A program made the translations under genes and the position numbers. From a virus (Duplodnaviria > Heunggongvirae > Uroviricota > Caudoviricetes), in the IMG/VR virus record IMGVR_UViG_3300036399_001023: a stretch of DNA of 48,906 nucleotides. One strand, 5' to 3'. Below, piece by piece: positions 17,902 through 28,072 of this stretch (position 1 is its first letter; every line of letters starts with the position of its first letter). The notes below the pieces were generated by a model. The model did not search any database. It was not told the origin of the DNA and saw only the letters and a list, made by a program, of their open reading frames with translations.

Positions 17902-20481
17902 TCAGCCCCGACCTCCCCAAGGAATGGAACGCTTGATTGCCTCAACATAGTCGCACTCTCCCGCCTGAACCATCTTCATTGCACGAGAATGGGGGTCTAG
18001 ATCTTCGTCATCTTCAGGGTCACTGAAACGTCCCTCTGCGACAACTTCACCGAAGTGAACCATGTTGGGCAAACGCTCAAGCAGCGCAAACAACTTGGTC
18101 GTTGGAGTTTCTCCTTCTGCGAAGTCAAGTGTACCGAACTCAAGACCTTCGCAGTAGTTTTGAAGCTCTCTCTGAGGAATTACTCCGTCAGTCATCTTTC
18201 CCTCGGTGTAGAGGCTGTCGACAAAGTCGGCGATGCGTTGCTTACGGGAGTTGGTTTGGTGCTCCTGGTACTCTTTCCTCAGGCGAGAATTTTCGTTCTT
18301 AAGATTTTCCAGCTCGCGTTGGAACTCCTCGAACATTTGAACCGGATATCCCATGGGCTTAGCCTGTCCCATTGACCCCATTCCGCAGAAGTCTTCAGTT
18401 TCAGAGAAATCGTCGTCCTCATCGTACATCTCCTCATCGTCGTCCTCTTCCATAACGGGACGCTTTTGCCCGTAAGTCGAGCCCTTTCCGGTTCGAGTCA
18501 TTGGATCGCGTTCTGCAAACTTGCGAGAAACTTTCCTGGAAGTCCCACACTCTTCCATGTCAAGATCGTCTTCTTCAGCGTGGTCGATCGAAGGCTTTTC
18601 ACCCGATCGCTGACGCAGCACACGAACTTTGCGACTACCAACGACACTTTCTAGGTCGACAGCAATGTCGAGGTCGTCCGGCTCTTCCTCGGACCGGTCT
18701 GGGAAGTTTGTGGGTCCGTCTTCGCGACCGTGGGGGTCGTTCCCCGCAGAAACACCTGCCTTTTTCGCAGTTCGTGTGACACCGTCTGACTCTTCGCTGT
18801 GATCCGCAATTTCCTTACCTTTGACAGACGCCCTCTTTTGTCCGGAGGTTTGGTGAAGAACGCGAGAAACTTTGTTGCCTTTGGTGCTCTGAAGCGGCAC
18901 AGCAATATCTTCGGTGTCGGGCTCTTCCTCAGAGTCCTCAGAGACGGTTGTTGGTCCACCGTCGCGACCGTGCGGGTCGTTTCCATCGGAGGTTCCCGGC
19001 TTGTTTCTTCCGGGTAGGCCGTACTCGCCGTCGTTGTACTGGTCGTCTTCCATCGAGCGGCGGCGACCCTCAGGTTGGTCGGCCCAACGGGAATCTTCGT
19101 CCCCTTCACCGTCGAGTGCTTTCGCCAGCTCTTCTCGGTCTTGCTCCTGGTCACCGTCCTTAGCAGTGTTTAAACGGTCCGTGTCTTGCGACGCATCCGA
19201 CGTCAAACCTTCTCGGTCTTCCTCATCCCCTTGTCCAACCGACTGACGGTCTCCGTAACTATCGTCGGATGACCGTGCTGTCTTTGACCGCCCAGCGGGA
19301 TCCCCCGGATCTTTCTCGGCACGTTTTCCAAACGACGCCTTCCGATTCGCAGTTTTCTTAAACCCTACCTCAGCGTAGTCGCCCTCAGAGTCTTCCTCGT
19401 CGGATTCTTCCATCTTCGCTGTCTTGGCCTTCATCTTAGCGATATTTTTCTTGAATGCCGCAGGAACTTCTCCGTGTTCCTCGGAAAGTTCATCTTCGTC
19501 GCCTTCGTCACCATCATCGGTGGCTTTGTTCTTAGCCTTCATCTCAGCGATATTTTTCTTGAAAGCAGCGGGAATCTCACGGTGTTCGTCCGAGAGTTCT
19601 TCATCGCCCTCTTCAAAAACCTCTTCCACAACTTGTACGTGGTGGCCGTGAGCCCCTTTCGCAACTTTGCGAGAGACTCCTTCGTCGAACTTCTCTTCTG
19701 GAAATTTGTCTTCCATGTTTGCTAGACTTTGAGCGGATTCGGAGACTTCAGCTCCTTCACGCCCCATTTTCTTTTTCATTTCGGAAAATTGCTGGTTAGG
19801 GTTTTCGGGGGCGGTACTTTCATCCGCCGAATTTGTAGTTTGTGTCGAATCGACGTCTGTTTCAGTCTGATCGTCTTGGTTTTCTTGTAGCTCTTGAAGA
19901 GAAGAACTCATGTCTCCACGAATTTCCTCAAGCTTTTCCTTTAGGATTTCTAACGGGCTTCGCTCAACAAGAAGTGTGGGACCAAGCTCGTCGTCAAAGA
20001 TGTCTTCTGGAGATAGAGCTGAAGCGAAGTTGAACACTCCGTTACCTTCCTCAGAGAACGAGAAAGGCTCCAGGCCCTTAACCGCAGGGGGCGACGCTCC
20101 CAAAAGTGCCAAGTGCCGAACGCTCCACTGTCCCTCATGCGGGTTAATTGGAGAGTTCGGAGAGTAGAAGGATATGGAGACTTTGCGGTAATGCCCTTTT
20201 TTCACTAAATCTTTAGCAGTGTCAGTGAAGTCAACGTCTGCGTATAGCTTCTCTCCGCTTCTGACCAACTTTTTGACCCACCCAAAAGAAGGAACACTGT
20301 CGTTGTCCCCAGTATGACCAATAACAAGGGGTGCCTCATGTGTTTGGGGGTCGTAGGAATCAACAACTTGCTGAAGGTCTTGAGGTGTGAAGTTCCTTTC
20401 CACGCCCTGAGCAGAAACCTGGGGTCCCGCCGTAAAAACATGAACACGTTTTGAAAACACTTTGCTACTCGTTGTACTCAT
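17902..20481 (-). CDS. Prohead protease/scaffold (Mu gpI-like) with very long acidic repeat-containing linker
   Basis: N-terminal APLVIGH..FGWVKKL..YRKVSISF..RHLALLGASPPAVKGL; C-terminal coiled coil; 859 aa. Confidence 0.8.
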   Translation of the reverse strand: MSTTSSKVFSKRVHVFTAGPQVSAQGVERNFTPQDLQQVVDSYDPQTHEAPLVIGHTGDNDSVPSFGWVKKLVRSGEKLYADVDFTDTAKDLVKKGHYRKVSISFYSPNSPINPHEGQWSVRHLALLGASPPAVKGLEPFSFSEEGNGVFNFASALSPEDIFDDELGPTLLVERSPLEILKEKLEEIRGDMSSSLQELQENQDDQTETDVDSTQTTNSADESTAPENPNQQFSEMKKKMGREGAEVSESAQSLANMEDKFPEEKFDEGVSRKVAKGAHGHHVQVVEEVFEEGDEELSDEHREIPAAFKKNIAEMKAKNKATDDGDEGDEDELSEEHGEVPAAFKKNIAKMKAKTAKMEESDEEDSEGDYAEVGFKKTANRKASFGKRAEKDPGDPAGRSKTARSSDDSYGDRQSVGQGDEEDREGLTSDASQDTDRLNTAKDGDQEQDREELAKALDGEGDEDSRWADQPEGRRRSMEDDQYNDGEYGLPGRNKPGTSDGNDPHGRDGGPTTVSEDSEEEPDTEDIAVPLQSTKGNKVSRVLHQTSGQKRASVKGKEIADHSEESDGVTRTAKKAGVSAGNDPHGREDGPTNFPDRSEEEPDDLDIAVDLESVVGSRKVRVLRQRSGEKPSIDHAEEDDLDMEECGTSRKVSRKFAERDPMTRTGKGSTYGQKRPVMEEDDDEEMYDEDDDFSETEDFCGMGSMGQAKPMGYPVQMFEEFQRELENLKNENSRLRKEYQEHQTNSRKQRIADFVDSLYTEGKMTDGVIPQRELQNYCEGLEFGTLDFAEGETPTTKLFALLERLPNMVHFGEVVAEGRFSDPEDDEDLDPHSRAMKMVQAGECDYVEAIKRSIPWGGRG

Positions 20482-21977
20482 ATACGTTTTTTACCCTTCT
20501 TTTTGCCCTCTTCAGTGGGTTCTAAGTCATTCCCGAACACTGAGTCGTAAAGGTTTCCATCTTCTTCAGGGTTGTACGTGGTTTGCTCACCGGATGGTTC
20601 TTCCTTCGGCTTTGGCTCGTCGCCACCCTCCGGCTCGTCCTCCGGACTTCCTTCGGGGTACTCCCCGTCAGCACCAAAAATAGATCCGTAAAGGTCCTCG
20701 TCCTCGTCAGGGCTATAGGTGGTATTCCCTTCTTCCTCTTTCGTCGTGAACTCAGGAGCTTCGTCTTCAAGCTCAATACGAAAATGCCTCTCAACCCACT
20801 CCCTACGCGGTTTGTACCCCTTGTCGATAAGGGAACCCAGGTCGGTGGCAGTGAGGGAAGACTCCTCAATTCGAAACTCCCTTGTGAGGGTTGGCGCTGC
20901 AACGTCTACACCGAAGTTAAGGTCTACAATCCATCGTACCAGAGTGCGAGTCAAAGTGTGAGAGATCGCTTCGGAAATTTCCGCTGCCTTCACAACTCGA
21001 ACAACGTTTGCAACCTGTGAAGAAGCTCTGGATCCAGACTCAGCTTGCCCAGCCTCGTTTTCCCCGCAAAGTATGAGGCTAATTTCCTTGTCGATATAGT
21101 CAATCAGTCCCTTAAACACATCCGGAGTTCCGCTCGGGTTGACAAACTCAAGCTTGTACCCATCCGGCAAAATTAGCGCAGTTTCCTGAGATAAGTTTGA
21201 GATGTGGTCATAGATCGTGTCAATTTCGGCAGAGGACGCGCTTAGGGGTGCGGTCGCAACAGCTGTGGGTGTCGCATACCGGTCCCCGTAAAGAACGTAG
21301 GACTCTAGGGCTCTTCTCCGAAACTTTACTAAGGGATACAGAACTCGCCCTAGCGAAGTTCCGTATGGGTCCCCGTTGTGCTGAGTCCAGTAGCGATTTA
21401 CGACGAATTTTCGAGCAGGGAGCTCAACCCCCTCAAACATACGATTAAAGGTTAAGCACCTCATTGTGAAGCCCGTTTGTGAGTCTTCCGCTTCTTGGAA
21501 AACAAATCGGCGCTGGTCTCTAATTCTAATGTCAAAGGGTATTACCCCGCGTTTTGATTTCTTCCACATTATTTCGCCAACACTAAACCCCACGATAAGG
21601 GCTTCAGCAAGTCCCTTATATATCTCGTCTAAGGGTAGTTCTTCGAGGATTTCTGCTACGAAGTCCCTTACTGCAGTATCGCCAGGCTTTGAGCTGTATT
21701 CCTCAACGTACCACGGTCTCGATACAACCTCTTGAACTAACTTTGAGAACGAACTTTGTACGTGCTCGTCAAAGAAAAGCCGCTGATAGACGGAAAGCGC
21801 ACGGTTCCCTCCCTTCTGGATGAGAAGGTCGTCACTTGGTCGAACGATGCTATTTCCGGATCCAGTAAAGGGAGAAGAGCTCCCAAACATGTAAATACTG
21901 GATAAGTTATAAGGATCGCTCGTATAACTTGAGATCTCCCCCTTCGGTACCGGAGCTGTCTTAAACCTATTTGCCAA
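20478..21977 (-). CDS. Portal protein (DUF935 / Mu gp29-like)
   Basis: D.HVQSSFSKLVQEVVSRPW..ALIVGFSVGEIMW..DPYGTSLGR..YGDRYATP..EISLILCG pattern; TTG start with GAGG RBS. Confidence 0.85.
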   Translation of the reverse strand: MANRFKTAPVPKGEISSYTSDPYNLSSIYMFGSSSPFTGSGNSIVRPSDDLLIQKGGNRALSVYQRLFFDEHVQSSFSKLVQEVVSRPWYVEEYSSKPGDTAVRDFVAEILEELPLDEIYKGLAEALIVGFSVGEIMWKKSKRGVIPFDIRIRDQRRFVFQEAEDSQTGFTMRCLTFNRMFEGVELPARKFVVNRYWTQHNGDPYGTSLGRVLYPLVKFRRRALESYVLYGDRYATPTAVATAPLSASSAEIDTIYDHISNLSQETALILPDGYKLEFVNPSGTPDVFKGLIDYIDKEISLILCGENEAGQAESGSRASSQVANVVRVVKAAEISEAISHTLTRTLVRWIVDLNFGVDVAAPTLTREFRIEESSLTATDLGSLIDKGYKPRREWVERHFRIELEDEAPEFTTKEEEGNTTYSPDEDEDLYGSIFGADGEYPEGSPEDEPEGGDEPKPKEEPSGEQTTYNPEEDGNLYDSVFGNDLEPTEEGKKKGKKRI

Positions 21978-22038
21978 AGTTACCTCTTTTCACACGTGTT
22001 TGGTTTCGGCATTTATTTCCTGTATAGGTTTTACCCGC

Positions 22039-22416
22039 TTAGTTTCCGAGGGAGAATTCGAGCGGCGGTTGAGGAATTCCGTTGACTTGGTAAATTATGT
22101 ACACCTTATACACTCCGTCTTCTCCCGATGTGACCCAGTCCCCCTTCACAACGAGGGACGACAACCCTGACACATGGGTTTGTATCGAATTTTGAAACTC
22201 TGAGTTAATTTGTCCGGGGTCGATTATGTCGAGGGTGTGGTCTCCGACGCCGTAGTCCGCCCTCATTACTCGCTCAAAGAACCTCGTTTCAACGACACTT
22301 CGAATTTCCTGCGTCTTCAAGTCATAGTCCGTACTTGTGGCTAAGTTTCCGTTCAACACCCTCAACGGGTAAGACAAGCCTCGTACTAAGGGTGATAAAG
22401 TTTGCGGTACCGTCAT
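22039..22416 (-). CDS. Baseplate wedge gp25/gpW-like protein
   Basis: GLSYPL..EIRSVVETRFFERVMRADYG motif. Confidence 0.8.
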   Translation of the reverse strand: MTVPQTLSPLVRGLSYPLRVLNGNLATSTDYDLKTQEIRSVVETRFFERVMRADYGVGDHTLDIIDPGQINSEFQNSIQTHVSGLSSLVVKGDWVTSGEDGVYKVYIIYQVNGIPQPPLEFSLGN

Positions 22417-22700
22417 CGTATTAGCCTTAAGAGTTGTGCTTCTAACTTCCGCACTCGCTTGTTCACCTCGTCTTTCGGCAGGGAGCTTTGCATAAGCTTT
22501 TGAATTTCCGTTCGCAAATCCCCATTACCCATCGAGGGGTAGAGGGATGGCTCTACGAAAACTTGATCCCCCTCAAGTAAAGAAACACAGAGTGCCTCAA
22601 TTGAGACACCCTGCTGTTTTGCTTTTCTTGTAAGTGAAAGGAAGAGTGAGTCAGGAATCTGTAGATTTACTTCCTTGTCTGTTAACTCACTCATTTTCAA
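22413..22700 (-). CDS. Ribbon-helix-helix (CopG-like) protein
   Basis: VNLQIPDSLFLSLTRKAKQQGVSIEALC RHH pattern. Confidence 0.55.
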   Translation of the reverse strand: MKMSELTDKEVNLQIPDSLFLSLTRKAKQQGVSIEALCVSLLEGDQVFVEPSLYPSMGNGDLRTEIQKLMQSSLPKDEVNKRVRKLEAQLLRLIR

Positions 22701-25700
22701 CCTAGGCCCTGAGAATCAAGTTCTCTGTTCATTTGGCCAACAGAGACGCGAATAAGATCAACCTCGATTCTTTCCAGTGTTGGTACGGGAGTGTCAAACA
22801 CCTTCACAAACACAACACCGTTCTCGAGGTTGTCTCCGCTGTTAATGCGCTCGTCACAAATCACTTGGAATGCGTCCGAGGGTCTCGCACCGAAGAGTGC
22901 ACCGGAAAGGTAAAGCTGGCTCAGAACGCTATTTCCGATGGAAACGATTTGGTTAAACACGATCCCAAATCCGTCAACAACCGAGAAGATCTGGTTGTCG
23001 AAAGCATTGCGAAGAGAACCGTAAACAACATTCTGAATCACACGAGTGTTCACAAATTGGAACTTACGCTGATCCGCAACTGCCTTGTTGATTCGAGTGC
23101 GTCCACCCCAGACGAACACCGCAGTGTTGGGGTACCCTGGCAAGGAACGAAGAACATTGCAGCCGTCAGGGTTGAGCAAGTTTTGCTGAGCCGAGTTTAC
23201 AGAAATTTGAACGCCAGCAGCGTCTGCGAGTTGGTACTTGGTACCTGCAGGGGGGAACTGGAACCCTTCGGAGCGGTAACGGCGAGCTGCGATCCCGGTC
23301 ACATACGGAGAGGGGGGAACAAATTGTCCTGCCGAGTTCTCCACGTATGGGCCGTAGAAAGCGATGAAGCCAAAGGCATTGAAGTAGCGCTGGCTGTCCT
23401 CGAATAGTCTGTTGACATTGTCAACACCCGCTTCCACAAACACAGCTTGGGGTTCGCCTGCAAATCCAACACCACGAAGTGCTTCGTCGATAATTTCGGT
23501 AGACGTGATGGTCTCGAATCTCCACAGATTTGCGCTTGGTGTTTGTTCAGGAGTGAGGGCAAATTCAACTTGTGAACCGTAACAAACAGTGGAAACTGTG
23601 CTCAAGTCACCGCCAAGGGTGTTCGCCGGCACAACAACCCAACTGTAGGATGAGCCGTCAAATGTAACCGCCAACCTGTCCCCGACAACGACTCGTGTAA
23701 CTCCGTCAGGAGCAACGGAGTTCGCCGGTGCAACCGTAACGTTAAAATAAACTCCGCTCAATTTTGAGAGAGCTGCTTGAATTGCAACTCCAGTGCTGTC
23801 AACTAGGAGACCACAAGCGGTGACGTATGGCGTTACAGAAGTAAGCGTTCCGAGGACAACAGTGGTACTTGCGCTGAAGTTTCCTCCGAAAATCGGATCA
23901 ATCACCGGGACGATGTGTGCTTCCGAGGAGAAGTTTTGGTCCACAGTGGGGGTGCAAAGAAAGTTCTCAACACTCGTTGAGGTTTCCCCAGGCCCCACAA
24001 GTTCTAAAGAGGGTAGCCACCCCGCGTTAGCAGTTTCACCGTACGGGTAGACGTGCTCCGACCCAATAACTAAGGGACTTGAGTTCAGGTACAGGGATAC
24101 AGTTGGATCGTCGTTCGCCGTGAGCAAGTTGTGATCGTACGCACGGTCTGCGATTGTACCCGAAGCCAGACCGTACTTTCTCCCTCGAACCAGCGGAACA
24201 ACGCTCAACTCTGAGAGGTTTACAGTAGTTAACCCGCCGCCTAGGACCGAAGTGTATAGGATGGTGGGACTCGTGGAAATGCTTACCATCCCAACAGGAT
24301 AGGGAACGTAAGAACCTGCAAGATAGTTTGAGCTAGAAGTTGCAAGTACAAACTTATCGGGGTCAATTACCTTAACATAATAAGCTTGTAGATTGTTTCT
24401 AACTGTCGCCTTAAACAGGGTTGCAGTGCCTGCCAGAATGGGCTTAGTAAAGAAAAGTTTCTGTCCGTTAACTAATTTGTGAGAGGTTACTCCGAAGGAA
24501 GCGGCACCGGCGTACCCTGGAGCTGTGCTTGATGAAAGCACAGTTGAGGGGTTGAAAAGTGAGCGGCTTACAAAGGACAGGCGAAGGTCGTCGGTGGTGT
24601 TCTGTAAGCTTCCCGGTAAGTGGAGAGTGTTCACAAAAGCAGGAGCACCAGTCAGATTGTGAATCAAGTTTGAGGTCTGACCCTCAATAGTTACAGGTAA
24701 ATCCCACTGGGGTGTGGTATAAGTCGCTTGAGCTGTACTTGAAGTTGGGGATGCAACACTGAATGCTCCGGAGGGAGTTAGAGGTGCGTTTAATGCAACA
24801 CTGGTACCCCCCAAGGCTGTAACTTCAGCCAGAATTGACACAGCTTGAGTAGAAGTTTGTGCGATATAAACGTATTGTACTTGTCCGTCTGAGGGGTACG
24901 TTCCGTATTGGGCACTGGAAAGTGGGGGTGCTACGAAGTACACATCAGTTGAGGTTTCTCCAAGTGGAAGTAGGGGCAGAAAATCCGCGCCAAGGCCACT
25001 CAATGTTACTCGTTGAATCTGGTAGTCTACCGGCCAAACTGTGCTTGACCCCAGGGCGAAGACTCCCCGGTTGGCTAGAGAGGCAGAGGATGTGACTGTG
25101 AACTTGGCTAAGTCTAGGAGGCCAACAGTTTCGCCCTCCGCTACTCCCTCCACTGACGACTGAACAGCAACCTTAGGGTCGTAGCCGGGAACTAGGGTCT
25201 GGTGTTTTAGACGGTCGTATGTTACTTCTTCACCCTTCCACTGATAGATGGCGTTATCAACCAGGTATAGGTTGTCGGTTACAAGGTCTTCTGCGGGCTG
25301 ATGCGGAGTGTACTCTTTGTACTTGTTTACGTCGGTAACAAGGAAGGAGCCTGGGTCTGCTGCGGCCATCCACTTAAAGTTGTTGTCCTGGCAGTGTGCG
25401 GCAGCTGCTGCTCCAACTAGGGACCGGCCTTCGGCGTCGAACTGAGCGTACGCGGTGGGAGTTACAAGGTACCCTTGGTTTGCTTGTCCATCAAAGGCAG
25501 TGTTAATACACTGAACGTAATCCTGAGGAACTCGCTCAAGATTGTTTTGAAGGCCAACGACATTTTGAATACTGTACGCGGTCTGCATTAAGACCTTTTG
25601 CGCTCCAACTGGCAGCTGCTCGGTTACTACGGAAACACTCCCGTCGTAGGTGGCTGCTGCAATTGTTACGTAGCCGCTTTCCGAGTTTGAGGAAGGGAGC

Positions 25701-26350
25701 AAATCGTTTGCGAGGCCCGAGTCACGAACGAATATGGCACTGCTTACACTTGGGTTACTTTGAATAGCTGCGGCGATTGAGCTTGAAATTGCGGCAGAAA
25801 TTTTGCGGTTATTGACCTTGTCACCGGAAATGTAATCAACAGGAATTACTGTTGGCACGCCGAGCCATTCCCCTTCGGATGTGTATCCGTTCGAGCCGTC
25901 TCCAGCAACAAGCTTCAACCCGTTTAAAATAAGCTGAGCATAAACTACGTCGCCAGCTTTAAGGGTAGATGGAAGGCCGGTGCTACTAATCTTGGAGCCC
26001 GACGGAAGAATCTCTATTTCTACAATCTGGTTTGGAGTTCCAACACGAACGACTCGAAGATCGCCAACTTGCGCATTCAAAAAGAATGCATTCACACAGT
26101 TGTAGCTAAGGAGGGGAATACGAGTTTCGGGAACTTTCCCTACCAAGGCTTTGTAGTCGGTCAGTGAAGATACTGGAACTGGTGTGTTGAAGGGGAAACG
26201 TGCGACAGTGACGTCTTCCTCAGTTTCAACCAACATGTAAGTTGTGTTGAACGAGGCAATACCTGCGGAAGCTACATTTCCAACACGCTCGTTGATATAT
26301 GTACCTGGTGCTCCGGGGACGATACCGGTGCCGAAAGAAAAAGTTGCCAT
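22697..26350 (-). CDS. Tail sheath protein (~1217 aa, large insertions)
   Basis: N-terminal GAPGTYINE; C-terminal PPSPYVTG..FPPAG..NVLRSLPG..VWGGRT..FVNTRVI..LYLSGALFG..AFQVICDE; start moved to ATG 26350 (AGGAGG RBS) from the track start at 26422. Confidence 0.88.
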   Translation of the reverse strand: MATFSFGTGIVPGAPGTYINERVGNVASAGIASFNTTYMLVETEEDVTVARFPFNTPVPVSSLTDYKALVGKVPETRIPLLSYNCVNAFFLNAQVGDLRVVRVGTPNQIVEIEILPSGSKISSTGLPSTLKAGDVVYAQLILNGLKLVAGDGSNGYTSEGEWLGVPTVIPVDYISGDKVNNRKISAAISSSIAAAIQSNPSVSSAIFVRDSGLANDLLPSSNSESGYVTIAAATYDGSVSVVTEQLPVGAQKVLMQTAYSIQNVVGLQNNLERVPQDYVQCINTAFDGQANQGYLVTPTAYAQFDAEGRSLVGAAAAAHCQDNNFKWMAAADPGSFLVTDVNKYKEYTPHQPAEDLVTDNLYLVDNAIYQWKGEEVTYDRLKHQTLVPGYDPKVAVQSSVEGVAEGETVGLLDLAKFTVTSSASLANRGVFALGSSTVWPVDYQIQRVTLSGLGADFLPLLPLGETSTDVYFVAPPLSSAQYGTYPSDGQVQYVYIAQTSTQAVSILAEVTALGGTSVALNAPLTPSGAFSVASPTSSTAQATYTTPQWDLPVTIEGQTSNLIHNLTGAPAFVNTLHLPGSLQNTTDDLRLSFVSRSLFNPSTVLSSSTAPGYAGAASFGVTSHKLVNGQKLFFTKPILAGTATLFKATVRNNLQAYYVKVIDPDKFVLATSSSNYLAGSYVPYPVGMVSISTSPTILYTSVLGGGLTTVNLSELSVVPLVRGRKYGLASGTIADRAYDHNLLTANDDPTVSLYLNSSPLVIGSEHVYPYGETANAGWLPSLELVGPGETSTSVENFLCTPTVDQNFSSEAHIVPVIDPIFGGNFSASTTVVLGTLTSVTPYVTACGLLVDSTGVAIQAALSKLSGVYFNVTVAPANSVAPDGVTRVVVGDRLAVTFDGSSYSWVVVPANTLGGDLSTVSTVCYGSQVEFALTPEQTPSANLWRFETITSTEIIDEALRGVGFAGEPQAVFVEAGVDNVNRLFEDSQRYFNAFGFIAFYGPYVENSAGQFVPPSPYVTGIAARRYRSEGFQFPPAGTKYQLADAAGVQISVNSAQQNLLNPDGCNVLRSLPGYPNTAVFVWGGRTRINKAVADQRKFQFVNTRVIQNVVYGSLRNAFDNQIFSVVDGFGIVFNQIVSIGNSVLSQLYLSGALFGARPSDAFQVICDERINSGDNLENGVVFVKVFDTPVPTLERIEVDLIRVSVGQMNRELDSQGLG

Positions 26351-26448
26351 TTGGGTAGATTCCTCCTTTTCCTTACCTTTGTGCCGGCGAGGATAAGTCC
26401 GGCGGTGGTGCCCGTAGGCCAAAGGTTTAGGGTGTATACCTAGAGGTT

Positions 26449-26811
26449 TTACCCTACCTGTCCGGTAACAACTTCGGAGCTATCGAGTGACCACCCGTTC
26501 AACCTGCTCACTTCACGAAGGGCAGACCGATTGTAGGATGACAAGGACAAAAAGTATTCTGCTTCGCTTGAAAAGGGGTAGAAGTCCAAGGATGTCTGCC
26601 CTGAACTTCTACCGAATATTGGGGACTGCTGTGATGCCCCTGACCCTGCTGTGTTTGCCCCCTCTTGAAGAACTGTCCCTGGAGGGGGAAGCTCAACGAC
26701 AGACCACTTGGGGTTGTAGTTTAGAACTTCTCGGTAAGCCAAGGAGTCCGAGTGAAACCCGTACCCTAGCTTTCTCCAGGTCATTCCAGGTTGGAAGACA
26801 AATGATTTCAC
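26449..26811 (-). CDS. Tail protein X / LysM-like baseplate protein
   Basis: FQPGMTWRKLGY..YREVLNYNP pattern of P2 gpX-like proteins. Confidence 0.55.
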   Translation of the reverse strand: MKSFVFQPGMTWRKLGYGFHSDSLAYREVLNYNPKWSVVELPPPGTVLQEGANTAGSGASQQSPIFGRSSGQTSLDFYPFSSEAEYFLSLSSYNRSALREVSRLNGWSLDSSEVVTGQVG

Positions 26812-26813
26812 GA

Positions 26814-27227
26814 TTAAGCAGACCTACGTGCGCGGGCCATGAGAGCCGCACCAGCTTCGGTTCCACGTGTGAGTTGGAAACCCTCCTGACTTGCAATCTC
26901 TTTAACTTCTTTTTGAAGCTGTGCCGACGGGATGAAGGGGTCTACTTCACCGTCTAGTCTTTTTGAGAGCTTTTCTTGCACGGAAGCTTCAATGGACTCC
27001 TTGCTCTGCTTTTCTTTCACTGCGGTCGTTTCAGATGTCTTAAGCTCCACCGTGGCGGGCTCTTGCGACGGTTTCTCAACCTTGTCCTCAACGGTTGAAT
27101 CGGCGTTGTTCCCCTCGGCAGGTGCAACTTCGCTCTTGTCTTCGACCCACGCCTCGTCTACGTCCGGCGTTGCGGGGTTGTCTCCAAGAAATTGTCCCTT
27201 GTCGTCCTTAGCTCTTGTCTTTGTCAT
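26814..27227 (-). CDS. Hypothetical acidic protein
   Basis: 137-aa ORF within tail operon. Confidence 0.55.
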   Translation of the reverse strand: MTKTRAKDDKGQFLGDNPATPDVDEAWVEDKSEVAPAEGNNADSTVEDKVEKPSQEPATVELKTSETTAVKEKQSKESIEASVQEKLSKRLDGEVDPFIPSAQLQKEVKEIASQEGFQLTRGTEAGAALMARARRSA

Positions 27228-27236
27228 GGTTATGAG

Positions 27237-27647
27237 TTAATTGAGAATGTGTTTCCAGGCAATTCCTGAAAGTTTTTCGAGAGATGACTTAGGCACCCCC
27301 ATCCACGGCCTTGCAGCCATGTTTTTTGTACCAAACTGGTGGTAGGGTCCTACACTAGTTGTAAGGACCGCAAAGCGATCGTTTTTAAGGTAAGATAAGA
27401 CTTTTGCAGTATCCTGCATCTTTCCTGTTACCCTGAGGATTGGGAGATCGCCGTACCGTTGTCTTTTCCAAGCACGGTACTGTGTTGTAAGTGGGCGCCA
27501 GGCTCGACCGTTCGTGTCAGTCTGGTTTTTCCAGTACGGTTTGTTTTCGTTTAGGAGTACAGGGGCCCACTCCAGTTTTGTGGGCTCCCACCAGTTCGGG
27601 TTGAATGGCTCACCTCTGAAAGGTGTTCTTAGGCTAAACTTGAACAT
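27237..27647 (-). CDS. Virion morphogenesis protein (Mu gpG / P2 gpS-like)
   Basis: GRAWRPLT..PILRVTGKM..YHQFGTKNMAARPWMG. Confidence 0.8.
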   Translation of the reverse strand: MFKFSLRTPFRGEPFNPNWWEPTKLEWAPVLLNENKPYWKNQTDTNGRAWRPLTTQYRAWKRQRYGDLPILRVTGKMQDTAKVLSYLKNDRFAVLTTSVGPYHQFGTKNMAARPWMGVPKSSLEKLSGIAWKHILN

Positions 27648-28072
27648 TAGCGGCCTGCTCTCCTTGACTTTTTGATCTCGTCTTGCTGCTGCTCAGCAAC
27701 TTTCTGGTTTATTTCGATCATGCGCTTTATTCGTGCCATTGGTTGAGAGTCCAACCAGTCTATTCCGCCGTCCCAGCGTTGCTTGTTCAAGTGAAACGAA
27801 ATCTCCATCCAACTTTCCGGAGTGAGAATACTCTCGTTGAGAATATTATCCGTGACCCACTTGTAGAGTGCTCGAAAGTTTGTTGAAGATAAAGTCTCAA
27901 GACTTTCAGGGTTCTTTATTAACCTAACAAGTAGTCCCATGGCACTTAAACCCTTATCTTGTAGAACTCTAGCGAAGATAAAGTCTTTCGGAACAATATC
28001 CCGAACATGGACTGGCTCATTTCGCCCCACTGAGACTAAAAAGGAAAAGTCTTCGAGTTCCTCAACGGTTAT
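27647..28072 (-). CDS. Tail assembly chaperone extension (T-like), probably made as a -1 frameshift fusion
   Basis: Frame is open from the CCCAAAA site through the track ORF 27647..28030; C-terminal WMEISFHL..IDWLDSQP..RI. Confidence 0.6.
   Translation of the reverse strand: MTVEELEDFSFLVSVGRNEPVHVRDIVPKDFIFARVLQDKGLSAMGLLVRLIKNPESLETLSSTNFRALYKWVTDNILNESILTPESWMEISFHLNKQRWDGGIDWLDSQPMARIKRMIEINQKVAEQQQDEIKKSRRAGR

Noticed and set aside
22413-22700. RHH protein as another orphan antitoxin
   Set aside because: Only a generic RHH pattern, and it is embedded in the late tail operon; kept as a regulator-like hypothetical
26351-26422. Track N-terminal extension of the sheath (MAYGHHRR...)
   Set aside because: An AGGAGG RBS precedes ATG 26350 and the extension lies in the leader below the late motif
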